Positions 25,236 to 36,763 of a stretch of DNA of 64,000 bases are shown here, piece after piece. Each line of letters starts with the position of its first letter. The first letter of the stretch is position 1. The DNA is from Octopus sinensis (lineage: Eukaryota), in assembly GCF_006345805.1 (NCBI RefSeq), contig NC_043002.1, forward strand, positions 117,304,001-117,368,000. The letters run 5' to 3'. Below the pieces are notes generated by a model, which worked only from the letters and a program-made list of their open reading frames with translations, had not been told where the DNA came from and searched no databases. The translations under genes were made by a program, and so were the position numbers.

Positions 25236-25399
25236 AAAGCTTCAAATAGAAAATACCAATCGCCTGAGTGTGTGAGAAATTTCAAGAAAATGACTTTTCT
25301 AAGTGAATTATATTTTTTGGTCACAATTATTATAAACTTAAAACTGTTAGTGTTATAAACACAGAATAATGAATACAGACCAATATATGTAGCACATTG

Positions 25400-25676
25400 T
25401 TGTACTCCAGACGACCTGCCCACCACAACAGAATTGAGATCCTAAACCAAGGTGCTACATAAAAAAGCATTGGTGTGGGGACTGGTGCCACTTAAAAAGC
25501 ATCCAGTACGCTCTGTAGAGTGATTGGTGTTAGGAAAGGCATGCAAGCCATAGAAACTAATTCAAAACAGGTTATGGAGCCTGGTGTGGCCCCTTGCCAT
25601 ACCAGTTCCTGTCAAGCCATCCAACCCATACCAGCATGGAATGTAGATGTTAAATGATGATGATGATGATGATGAT
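25400..25676 (+). mobile_element. RTE 3'-tail copy
   Basis: Ends CCAACCCATACCAGCATGG...(GAT)n. Confidence 0.7.
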
Positions 25677-25973
25677 TAAAGACTTATGCAGAAAACATCA
25701 AACAATTAAGTAAAATTTATGTACTTTCTCCAAATGTGATTATATAAGTGGGTAATGTTTTCTCTTTGTTCAGTAAGCAATAGCAGACCCACATAATCTG
25801 AATATTTGAGCTCTAGTAATGTTTAAGTTTGCAAAACTCAAAATATATTCTTGAAAAGTATTTTCAAATTACCTTCAAAACATCCATTTATGAATAAATG
25901 TTTAAGAGAAGTTAATGGCCTTCGTGTGATTCTGACTGACTAACTCATGTCTTCCATGCTGCAATGGTTTTAG

Positions 25974-26013
25974 TTTCAGCACACAATCTCAATTCAAAAT
26001 AGTTGCTATACAA
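25974..26013 (+). CDS. Candidate exon (FQHTISIQNSCYT)
   Basis: Branch-like CTAAC upstream, ttttag| acceptor, A|gtacgt donor. Confidence 0.35.
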
Positions 26014-26255
26014 GTACGTCTCTATTAAAAACCATCCATTTGCTTTATAAAAAAAAGTTAAGTTTCTGCATTAAAATAAACTTTTAGTGAAATATCTTGA
26101 AAAAGTGTAAAAAAAATCTATCCAAAAACTTCAAAGGATTCATAAAGGTTAATACTGAACTCTGTCCTCAATGTTAAGGGAATGAGTAATAAATCTTCAT
26201 CTTATTAAGTCAGAAGTACTATTTTATAGTTAGCACTCTTAGTTAGGTGCAGGCA

Positions 26256-26404
26256 TGGCTGTGTAGTAAGAAGTTTGTTTCACAAACACACAGTTTTAAG
26301 TTTAGTCCCACTGCACGACACTTTGGACAAATGTTTTCTACTATAGGTCCAAGCTGGCCAAAGCCATGTCAGTAGGTTTAGTATATAAAAACCTAGAGAA
26401 GCCC

Positions 26405-26439
<35 letters not shown>

Positions 26440-26645
26440 ATGTCTTCATGCCATGTCATCATGTGATGGTTGTAGGTAAGTGTTTTGGCATCATGTAAAC
26501 AGTGTCCTTTGTTTCCAAACTTACAAGGCATAATAATACCTTACTTAGGTGAGGGTTGGTGACAGGAAGGGTACCTGGCTGTTGAAAATCTGCCTAAACA
26601 AATTATATTCAATCCATGCAAGCATAGAAAAGTGGATGTTAAACA
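26256..26645 (+). mobile_element. tRNA-derived SINE family A variant
   Basis: Family A head, (TG)n, alternative 3' part also seen at 39575-39940. Confidence 0.7.
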
Positions 26646-27029
26646 GTGAAGATGACTTTGTCAAAATGTAGTGTTTGGAGACCACAAAAATGCTTGAAAT
26701 GGATTTTAAAGAAATGAGGCTTCATATGGCATCCTGTTTTATCCTGTGACGATTCCATCATAAAACCCTAAATTTCAAGGTCTTATGTTAAAGCATCATT
26801 CTACCACTCAGTTCTCACATAGACTGTATTTTATATAGGACACAATACAGTATAGGGCAAAGTCTTGCAACTCTTTAGCTGAATAGCTAATACTTTATTG
26901 CTTTTGTCATTAGAAAGTTAAACTGTATTTGAAGTAGATTAAAAGAAAGAAAAAAATTTATTTGAATTTAAAAATGCTGTTTAGCTTCGTTGGATATGAA
27001 ATCTTAATTTTAGCACAATGCTACTAATT

Positions 27030-28030
27030 TTAAGGGAAGGAAAGAAGTTGGTTATTTTATTGACCATGAAAGGATGAAAGGCAAAGTTAGCCTCAGTGGA
27101 ATGTGAGTTCAGGATGTAAAATACAAAGAAATCCTGCCAAGCATTTTGTTTGGTATGGTCATGATTCTGCCAGTTTCCAGCATCCTTTGGATTTGTGATA
27201 ATCCTTTCTACTAAGAAACAAGACCTGAAATTGTCTTTTTGGGGAGTTGGGGGGGACCTAGGTGATTTCATCGACCCCAGTGCTCATCATCATCATCATC
27301 ATCATTTAACATCCGCTTTCCATGCTAGCATGGGTTGGACAATTTGACTGAGGACTGGTGAACCAGATGGGTGCACCAGGCTCCAATCTGATTTGGCAGA
27401 GTTTCTACAGCTGGATGCCCTTCCTAATGCCAACCACTCTGAGAGTGTAGTGGGTGCTTTTACATGCCACTGGCATGAGGGCCAGTCAGGCGGTACTGGC
27501 AATGGCCACGCTCCAATAGTGTTTTTTACGTGCCACCTGCACAGGAGTCAGTCCAGCGGCACTGGCAACGGCCTCGCTCGAATGTCTTGTTCATGTGCCA
27601 GTAAGGCGATGCTGGTAACGATCACACTCAAATGATGCTTTTTACGCCACCAGCACAGCAGCTCTGGCAGTGATCCCACTTGGATGGAGCTGTTAGTGCT
27701 CCACTGGCATGGGTGCCAGTCATCGAATTTGGTTCAATTTCGATTTCACTTGCCCCAACAGGTCTTCGTAAGCAGAGTTTAGTGTCCAATGAAGGAAAGT
27801 TGGCATGGGTGTTTCAATCAACCCTGAAAGGATGAAAGGCAAAGTTGACTTCACTCAGAATGAGTATTTTGTCTGGCCAGCTAACGATTCTGCCAGCTCA
27901 CTGCCTTATTTGGATATGTAACAATCTTTTCTACTATAGGTACAAGGCATGAAATTTTGGGGGAAGTGGGTAGTCAATTACATCAACTGATACATATTTT
28001 ATGAACCCCAAAAAGATGAAAGGCAAAGGT
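27030..28030 (-). mobile_element. Nested cluster: SINE family C pieces flanking an RTE 3' UTR copy (27290-27810)
   Basis: GAAAGGATGAAAGGCAAAGT (family C) lies on both sides; the RTE UTR is antisense to 1170-1660. Confidence 0.7.
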
Positions 28031-28559
28031 AGTGGACAGAGATGGGTAGGGAAGAAACAGTTGCTGGGTGCAGCATGTGAAAGAAAAGCTAGAGAGCATC
28101 CTAGAGGCATGGGGTGGGTAGTGATGAGATAATGGTAAGAGGAGGTTTTGGGTGGCAATAGAGGGAACTTGGGAGACAGTGTATTCTGAATGATGAAAAG
28201 AGGTGAGTTATGGAGGAGAGGTGATGAGGCAGTAAGGTGGGCTTGGTGGAGAGCTGTACACACACAAACATACACATCAACATCATTAGTGCCACATAAA
28301 AAGCAAATAGCATCCAGTACACTGTAAGAAGGTTAGCATTGGAAAGGGCATCCAACCATAGAAACCATACCCAAACCGAACAGTTGAGCTTGGTACAGTT
28401 TTCTGATTTGCCAGCTCCTGTCAAACCATCCAACTCATGCCAGCCTGGAAAACAGACATTAAATGATGTTGACACTGTTACTGTTTTTTAATCACTACCC
28501 TTGTGTTAGGGTACATTTTTCCACAGGTGGATGGGTCTTCTCTATAACAGCATATTGCC

Positions 28560-29130
28560 AGTCAGTATGTTTCTTTAGCTTTCCATAAGACCTAACATCT
28601 TCAAATCAGCCTTCACCGCTTCGTCCCATGTCTTCCTTGGTCTCCTTCTGCAGATTCCACAAACTTAGAGTGCTTGGTACTTTTGATCATCTCCATATGC
28701 ACCATACACCTGTTGTACCTGTAAAGCCTCCTCTCTTGCACCTGACATCTGATTCCTCTTATATCCAGTTTTTCTCTTACCTCATTAGTACTTTAACATT
28801 GTACTCCAGCTGGAGCATGCTAGCTTTACTTATTTCTAATCTTCACAAATCTACTATATCCAAAGCCTATGTCTTACTACTATGCAGCATTGCAGTTCTA
28901 ACACAAGTGGCACACAATGTATCCTTTACCATGAAGGAAAAGACCTTTGTTGCTATCAGTGGTAATAGCTCCCTCAACTTTTTCTCACCCATTCTTAATT
29001 TGGCTGCCATATTTTCAGAGCAGTCACCTCCCTGTCTCCTACACAATAGAACCTATCAATTACTAATGAATCATTTGGATATGGTATGCTAATAATCCTG
29101 CCAGCTCGCCACATTAACGGAGTTAATATT
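28560..29130 (-). mobile_element. Old RTE LINE ORF 3' relic
   Basis: Minus-strand GICRRRPRKTWDEAVKADLKMLGL resembles the C-terminus of 783-1157. Confidence 0.7.
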
Positions 29131-29399
29131 GTTATTGTGTAACCCTAGGTTATCCCCGAGCAAGCATATTCTATGACATGCATATAGATGGTTGAATGAT
29201 GAGATGTAACCCACAAATGTCTCTTCCCAGTAATACTATGTCTCAGAATAGCTAAAGACCAAACTGAACATCCTGGTGTTGTATGGAGTGCAGCATGACA
29301 GTCTGAACACTTTGCACTCATTCCACTGTCTCGCCTATTATGGTATTCGCAGCAGAGGTGGACAATGTGGACTGGGTGAGAGTGCAATTGTTACCATTC

Positions 29400-30180
29400 T
29401 TCTGCACTTGTTGATGTGCATGGAGCACAGTATTTAGGACTGGTGAGGCTGTGGATTTTGCAGCTGTTTCTATATTATTTTGCATTTGTTTGGGCTGAGT
29501 GAAAGAGATATTTTAGAATGTTGCGTTAGTGTTTAAGTCTGTCGTTTATGTATTTTGGTATTTGGTAGTTGAGTTTTTTTTCTATAGAGACAAGGATTGT
29601 GTGAGTTGAAGCTTACTGTGCAATCAAACTATGCATTAGTGACAATTCAGATGCTCATTCATTTTGGTTTATTTGTTTCATCGTAAAAATTATTTGTATA
29701 TATGCACAGACCTGTCATAGAGCATAATGTTTTGTTTTGGGGGATTTGTGGTTTGTAGTGAAGAAATTTGGATCCCAAAGAAGACTAGCATAGTAATGAT
29801 GGAGCTAATGTATTGTTTGTACACCTTTGTTGCTTTTTCTTGCTGGTCAAATGTGATACTTGTGATTGTTCTATGTATGTTTGAGTCATTTTACTTTCTC
29901 CACTGTGTGTTGTAAATGTTGTACAGATATTGTAAAGTAACTCTTGGTATTTTTGTCTTCTGTGTGTCATAGTTTTATGTTGTTGAGTGTGTTGATAGGT
30001 TGTATTTCATGTTTTCTATTATTGCTAGAAAGAATGGAAACGGTGGATTTGGTAGCTACTACTTAAGGTTTTGAGGTGATTTTATGTAAGGTTGGAATAG
30101 TGGTGCAGTAGTTTTTGGAGAATTAAGGATGAGAAGGAAGTTAAGTTTTGTGGAAGTGGGGTGAGGTCATGTAGATATAG
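29400..30180 (-). mobile_element. Highly decayed LINE-like relic
   Basis: A-rich minus strand with a KVYKQYI...W.P-like fragment. Confidence 0.35.
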
Positions 30181-31019
30181 GATGAAAAATGTAAGTTGAA
30201 GATTGGATCCCCATGGCACTTTATTCTGAAAATTGTGGGATCTGAAAAATGATGTTCTTATACTCCACTAAAGCTTGGAAATCCAACACGTAGTTTGATA
30301 GCAAGCATTTTGAATTGTTTCTTTAAATATTTCTTTTTGTATTTGTGGAAAGTTTGTTTATGTTGATGGTAGGTAGTATTTTTTGAAGTGATCATGTTTT
30401 TTCTGTTGAGTTTGTGAGTAGGGTTTGTCAAAGATGAAAGCAAAGCTGCCTTCAGTGGGATTTGAACTTAGAACATTGAGGGTTGAACTGTTGCAAAGCA
30501 TTTTCTCCTGACACCATGTTTTTTGAAGAGAGTAATGCATGGGTTAACCTTTCTAGAATTTTTGAGAGTGTGCACAAAAAGGTGATACTCTTTTACTTTA
30601 CATGGATTTTTGTTGGGCTTCAGAATTGTTAATTTTGTCTACTTTCCAGATTCTTAGAATTTAACAGTATTGGTTCAAGTAATAGTAGATATGAGTGCAG
30701 TGATTCTTTCAGACCCTAGTTCATTGGGCTTCAACGTTTTCACTACCAAGGACCCCTTTTATTTAAATGAGTTTTCCCACTAACCTCTTTTAACATGTTT
30801 ATCCTTATGTATATACACCCAGAAACACACTAATAGCTTAGGAATGAAATTCAGGATTTCTTGGTTTTCTGCAAATCAATTTTAATAAAACTTTTCCTAG
30901 CTGGTTTGCACACCATTGTTATGTTTCCGTTATTCTGTGTAACATCCTTTCTTTTTTATTTCAGATTCTTCAGTATTTGGGTAAACCATGCTAATAACAT
31001 CTCTCCTGTCTAAGAACAA

Positions 31020-31800
31020 TGGGACATGGAAATGGCCTTAATAATGAAGAAAAGTCTGCTAAAGGCACCTCTCTTTATGTTATTGTGGAGAAATTAGGTT
31101 GTCATGGACACGGTTAGATGATTCCTGAAGGATCCTTTGCCAAGGAAGAAGTGATCCAATTATGGGACCTTCAAGACTGTGACAGCTAGAGATTTAAGGA
31201 ATATTGGCCAGAAGTTACATGGGGAACCTGGACAAACAAGCAAAGCCATTTTCTCTGCCTCCAGACTTCCTCATGTACTGAAATCACATTCTTGGGACCA
31301 TGGCTTTTGTGCGAAAATCCCTCAAGCTGCCTCAGGTATCATTGGGGACAGACATGTTGGCCTAGTCAGGGTGCTTGAAGGGGTTAAAGTGACTGCAGCC
31401 ACCTACTGCAATCTCGTTAAGGAGGTCTTGGATCCTTGGTTAGATGACACACCACTGTCACTTCTAAAGAATCTTGTATTCATGCATACAACATTCCCTC
31501 CCACTCTGCTAGGACCACCCAAATATACAAGGTGAAAGGTTGATGGTGTGGCTGCTAGCATCTCTGGATCTCAACCCTATCGAAAATCTTTGGTTCATTA
31601 TTAAACAAGATGTTTATGCAGATGGACGCCAGAGCAACCATCAAAGCTGCAGCAGAGGCAGTCCAACCTGCTACTATTAAGAAATTGATAGATTCCATGA
31701 CTAATAGGGTTTTTGAAGTTATCTGTCGAAAATGCACTCATGTGGCTAAACAATTCATTATGTTAATAAATGTTATAATATTATTATGGTTTTCTATTAA
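31020..31800 (+). mobile_element. Tc1-like transposase relic, probably nested in a hAT-like MITE (30697-32185)
   Basis: GIIGDRHVGLVRVLEGVKVTAATY...LVFMH and DLNPIENLW.IIKQDVYA; flanks CAGTGATTC... and ...GAAACCACTG. Confidence 0.75.
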
Positions 31801-32632
31801 ATATATACTCAGTGCATGTTTAATATGTATCATTAATCCTTCATTTTCTGAAAAAAAAAAATGTCTAGATGGGCTATTTTCATTTAAAAGCTATTAGTGT
31901 GGTTCACCCAAAAAACTGAAGAATCTGAAATAAAAAAGAAAGGACATTACACAGAATAATGTAAACATAACAATGGTGTTACCATAGTGTGCAAACCAGC
32001 TGGGAAAAGTTTTATCAAAATCGATTCACAGAAAACCGAAAAATCCTAAATTTCACTCCTAAGCTAATAGCATGGTTCTGGATGTATATATGCATGAAAT
32101 TTTGAATTTAGTTCAGACACCCCCTGTACTACCTTTGCAGACTACCAGGAATCTGCAGACCACAAGCTGGAAACCACTGCCCTAGACTTTTATTTGTGAT
32201 TTTGTCTGGTCTTGAGTTTTGAGTTTTGGGCTCATGCCTGATAGTAGTGACAGAGGATGAGCAACGAGTTTGTATTGATAGCGACATGTGCTGTAATTTA
32301 GGTGAAAGGGGGAATGTGGCTGGATGTATAGTGGTGAGAACTTTCAGATTCTAAAGTGGTTGAAAACTTTAGGACTTTGAGATGAGATCAAATATGGAAG
32401 TAAACGCCGACTATGATGGATACATAATGTACATAAGCACGTACAAACCCAGAAGCTTTATTCTCAGAATAAAGCCCAATCCCTTTGAAAAATGAAACTA
32501 ATAGCTTATTTTGTTTGAAAAGATGGGATGTCAAAACAATCACAACAAAGTTTAAATCTTGCGACATGCAGCATTTGTTCTGCTTGCAGTTCCTGAAAAA
32601 ACCGCCTTGTTTTAGTCTACACGTGACAAATA

Positions 32633-32836
32633 TATAGTAATCCCTCGACTATCGCGGGTGTTACGTTCCAAAACTTAACGCAATAGACGAAAATCCGCGA
32701 AGTAGAAACAGTACTTTATATAGTTTTAATTTTTAGAATTTGTATATATTTATTTTATTATAAATGCAAGACAACACCACGGAGGAATCGACGTAAACTT
32801 AAATCATAAACCGCGATACGGCGAGGGATAACTGTA
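32633..32836. mobile_element. pogo/Tigger-like MITE
   Basis: TIRs TA(T)AGTAATCCCTCGACTATCGCGG and CCGCGATACGGCGAGGGATAACTGTA, with TA ends. Confidence 0.8.
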
Positions 32837-35317
32837 TATCACTGTTTTAGAGTGGGGTAGTTAAGAAAGAAAAAAAAAGCAGTAGTAAAAACATTCCTCT
32901 TTCAATTTCTGTTGAATGGAAATTTGATCAGTGAAGGCAGGTAAACTTAGCGGTGAATATAAAAATTTCGAGAAATATGTAAAATAAGTCAAAAGAAATC
33001 GAAACAACATTGAAATCGCTGAAAGATTCTCACGAAAAACAGAGTTGATAACACTGCAGTAAATAGTAGAAGTAGTTCTGTTTGTTATAATGAATGAATT
33101 GTTAATTTTATGTGGAGAATTAAAATGATTTTCGAATATAGATAAAAGAAAGAAGTATTAAAATAAAATTTATAGAATATTATTAGCGATTTTAAGAATC
33201 CTTTTATTTAAGATATAACTGTGGCAAATTATGCCTGTTATTAACGAATCAATAAATGTTGTAAATACAGTGCAGACACACAGTTAATGACGTCATTGAT
33301 TGTATCCCGGCTGGATCAGAGGCAGAAAAGCGACAAGGCTTGATAAAAGGTTCTTAAGATGCTCATATATGAATAGTAAGTGGACATTTGCTTTACTTAA
33401 AACTAAATGTTGCTTTAATAAATACTATATTAATTCATATTTACGTTAGAATAAGAAATTCGTTGTTTTTCATTATAGTAAATCACTTTTCCCGAGTGAT
33501 GTAACAACGGATTTGACTTCTATTTTAATCTCGGTAAAAATACTTGACGAAGAGACTGTCTTTCACCCATCGGCATCACTGACATTTCATCATTTATTGT
33601 CAGTGGGGGAATATATTTATATATCTGTTGTATATAACGAAAGGAATGCTCGGCATCTGAGACCTACAACTATCGCAGTCACCACATAAATTACAAATAC
33701 AACTGTCCACCATTTTTTGATGTCGTTCTTTCCCAAGAATAACCACTCCTCTTTGTCGCTTCATTTTTTGGGGGTACATTTTCCTGATTTTCTATTTTTT
33801 TTACCTATTTATTCATTGGAGAAACATGGTGTTTATTTTGATTCTAATTGTACTTATTCCATTTATCATATTTCCTTTTTCCTCTTCATTGTTTCACATC
33901 AGGACATGTGTAACTCTTGATGACATTCACTTGATGAGAAATTGATGTTGCTTGTAATTACTCGTTACATTCTAAAATATCCATTAGGACTATTGTCAGC
34001 ACTCCGCTTCAGTTCGGTACTCTTCAAATATAATGGAAGCTATTGAACGGTACTGCATTTCCCGTTTCATTTAATCCCAGTACAAAGCGCTGTTCAACGC
34101 CTACTTAAAATGACAAACCTACACAAAGATTATCTAATTAGATAATCTTTCTACAAAAGTCAGACTTGAGTTATTTAACAATTTGTACACAGTAATTGTC
34201 TTCTTCTCTGTTGATGACTAAAACCTTTCTGAAATCTGTAGCTTTATTATGTTTTAATATTTAGTGTGTATAAAGTTTTCGCATTGACACACATTTACCT
34301 AGTTATATACACCCACTCAGTAAACTAGGTAGGGAGTATGACACTATGCGGTTGCTCGATCTGTTAGAAATACACCCTGCTGTCTCAAAAAACGAAGGAC
34401 ACATTGGAATAATGTGGTCTTAGACACACCTATATAAAGATGGGATGGTCACGGTTGGAACGTTTTTGATCAAAACTGATCTGGAGTTAAACTACAATCC
34501 ACTCAATATTTATACATAGAAATATACATATAAAAACAAAAGCAACCGTAAATCAATCATAATCTTTTCTGTTGTCGATAATCTAATAATTATGCCTTTT
34601 AGTCTTATCCATCTTTCAGTGAGGGCGGTGTCATATTGGTATGTTGTTGGTACTATTGTTAATTAGTACCGAAATACCAGATGATGGCAGTCGCAGAAAT
34701 ACCGCCTACAGATTTGATAGTTAACTGTGTGTGAGGGTGAGAGAGTTTTTATGTCAAGTAGCACTGATCGTTTTTCTTAGACTTTTTTTCACAGAAGACT
34801 ACTTTTTTAGCACTGACATTTAATTAAAACCTGTATTTCTACTCCTCCAGGAATTGATGTAAAAAGGTAGGGGAGTATTTTATAGCAATAAATATAAATA
34901 TTTTTTAGATTTTATTACGGGTCTGTGGATAGCAATGTACCGACAAAAATATAATACTGACGAATTTCTGCTTAATAATGTTCCGTCTTCTAAATGATTT
35001 GCCAAATTATTTCAATTTAAAGTCATTTTGTGCACTCCTATATTCTCCAGGAAATGAATTACTGCATCTAAAATTAAGCATTAATATTTTTGAGAAATAA
35101 AAGATATATATATATATATATGGTGGCGAATGGCGACGAAAAGGACTTGGACAAACCTAGCTGATTGATTGATCGACCGAACGATTAGTCAAGCAATCTA
35201 TTGGTTAACCAATTGACAAAATAAAGAAATGGAATAGAACCGGTGCATGTGTTTATTATTGTCGTAATGACCCTCTTTATATGAAACAAAAAATATTTCA
35301 ATACGAGTTCACACGCT

Positions 35318-35327
35318 TACATACATG

Positions 35328-35362
<35 letters not shown>

Positions 35363-35402
35363 TATGTATATACACATACATACATGTGTATGTACATGTG
35401 TG

Positions 35403-35454
<52 letters not shown>

Positions 35455-35806
35455 CACATACATACATGTGTATATACATATGTACATGTGTGTATGTATA
35501 TATATATATATTATGTATATACACATACATGTGTATATACATATGTACATGTGTGTATGTATATACACAAATATACGTGTGTGCGTGTGTATATATATAT
35601 ATGTATATACATATGTATACACATACGTATATATATATATGTGTGTGTGTGTATCTATACACAAATGTTAATATATTAGTTGAAGTGTACAGTACTATAT
35701 ATCCAATGCTCTTGAGGTAGTCTTTATGGACAACTTAAATTTTAATGTACATGTATATATTTATGTATGTAGTGTGTGAATGTATGCATGCTTATGTGTG
35801 TGTATG

Positions 35807-35858
<52 letters not shown>

Positions 35859-35885
35859 CACACACACATATGTATGTATAGTGTG
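35318..35885. repeat. Compound (AT)/(AC)/(GT) microsatellite with higher-order repeat units
   Basis: Recurrent TATACACATACATGTGTATATACATATGTACATGTGTGTATG blocks. Confidence 0.9.
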
Positions 35886-35947
35886 TGAATGTATGCGTAC
35901 AGATGATTTGTACAGTGCACAACATATAACCAATGTCCGGCGGGAAG

Positions 35948-36458
35948 TGAAATTTTTTTCCCCACGAAAGTTCCGGGCCCCAGTAATGAACTCAATTGTA
36001 TACAGCCAATCAGAGCTCACCTTTAACACCCACATACCGTGCACTACTACAGAACAACCAGTCAGGCATAGAATGGTGTATGCCACTCTGGTCTCACATA
36101 AGCACCTCATTCCCCAACCTCTATCTTCATAGATCAATTGAGCACCATCTCTGATCAAACCAACATTTTAAATTGTACAAAATTAGTAAAAAAAATTAGG
36201 GAATTACACTCATTTAGATTTTCTAGTAAATTACGCAAATTGGCATCATCTGGGAGCAGCTTTATATGTACTAAATTTCACATTGGTCACCTCTATTAAC
36301 CCGTTTAGAACAGTTACATTTTGCTATAACGCACATTTTCCACTGAACTCAACCAGAGTATTTTCGTGATTAGGTGGACACTAGTTGAGCTCTGATTGGC
36401 TATATGCAACTGAGTTCACAGCTGGGGTCCGGAACTCTCGTGGGGAAAAAAATTTCGC
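35948..36458. mobile_element. MITE-like element with ~72-bp inverted arms
   Basis: GTGAAATTTTTTTCCCCACGAAAGTTCCGG...AGCCAATCAGAGCTCA versus TGAGCTCTGATTGGCT...CCGGAACTCTCGTGGGGAAAAAAATTTCGC. Confidence 0.7.
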
Positions 36459-36729
36459 GTCTGGGAAGAGAAATCGAATAATTTTCCAAGTTATCCGTCG
36501 ATATTGAAAACAAGAATGGAGATTTTTACGTATGTTCAATTCATTCTAATGAGTTGAATAAACGTTAAAACTTAAGTTTCCATTTGTTCTTTTTCACAGG
36601 CGCACGTCTGTGTGTGACAGAGAGACACTCGCTGTGACGTGAAACTCGAGATGCTAGGAATACATTTACATTGAATCAACTATCGTATAATGTATAATCT
36701 GTCTTACATATATATATACTTACATACAT

Positions 36730-36763
<34 letters not shown>

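Noticed and set aside
35281-36158. Long ORFs rich in Y/I/C/V/H/T
   Set aside because: These are translations of (AT)/(AC)/(GT) microsatellites.
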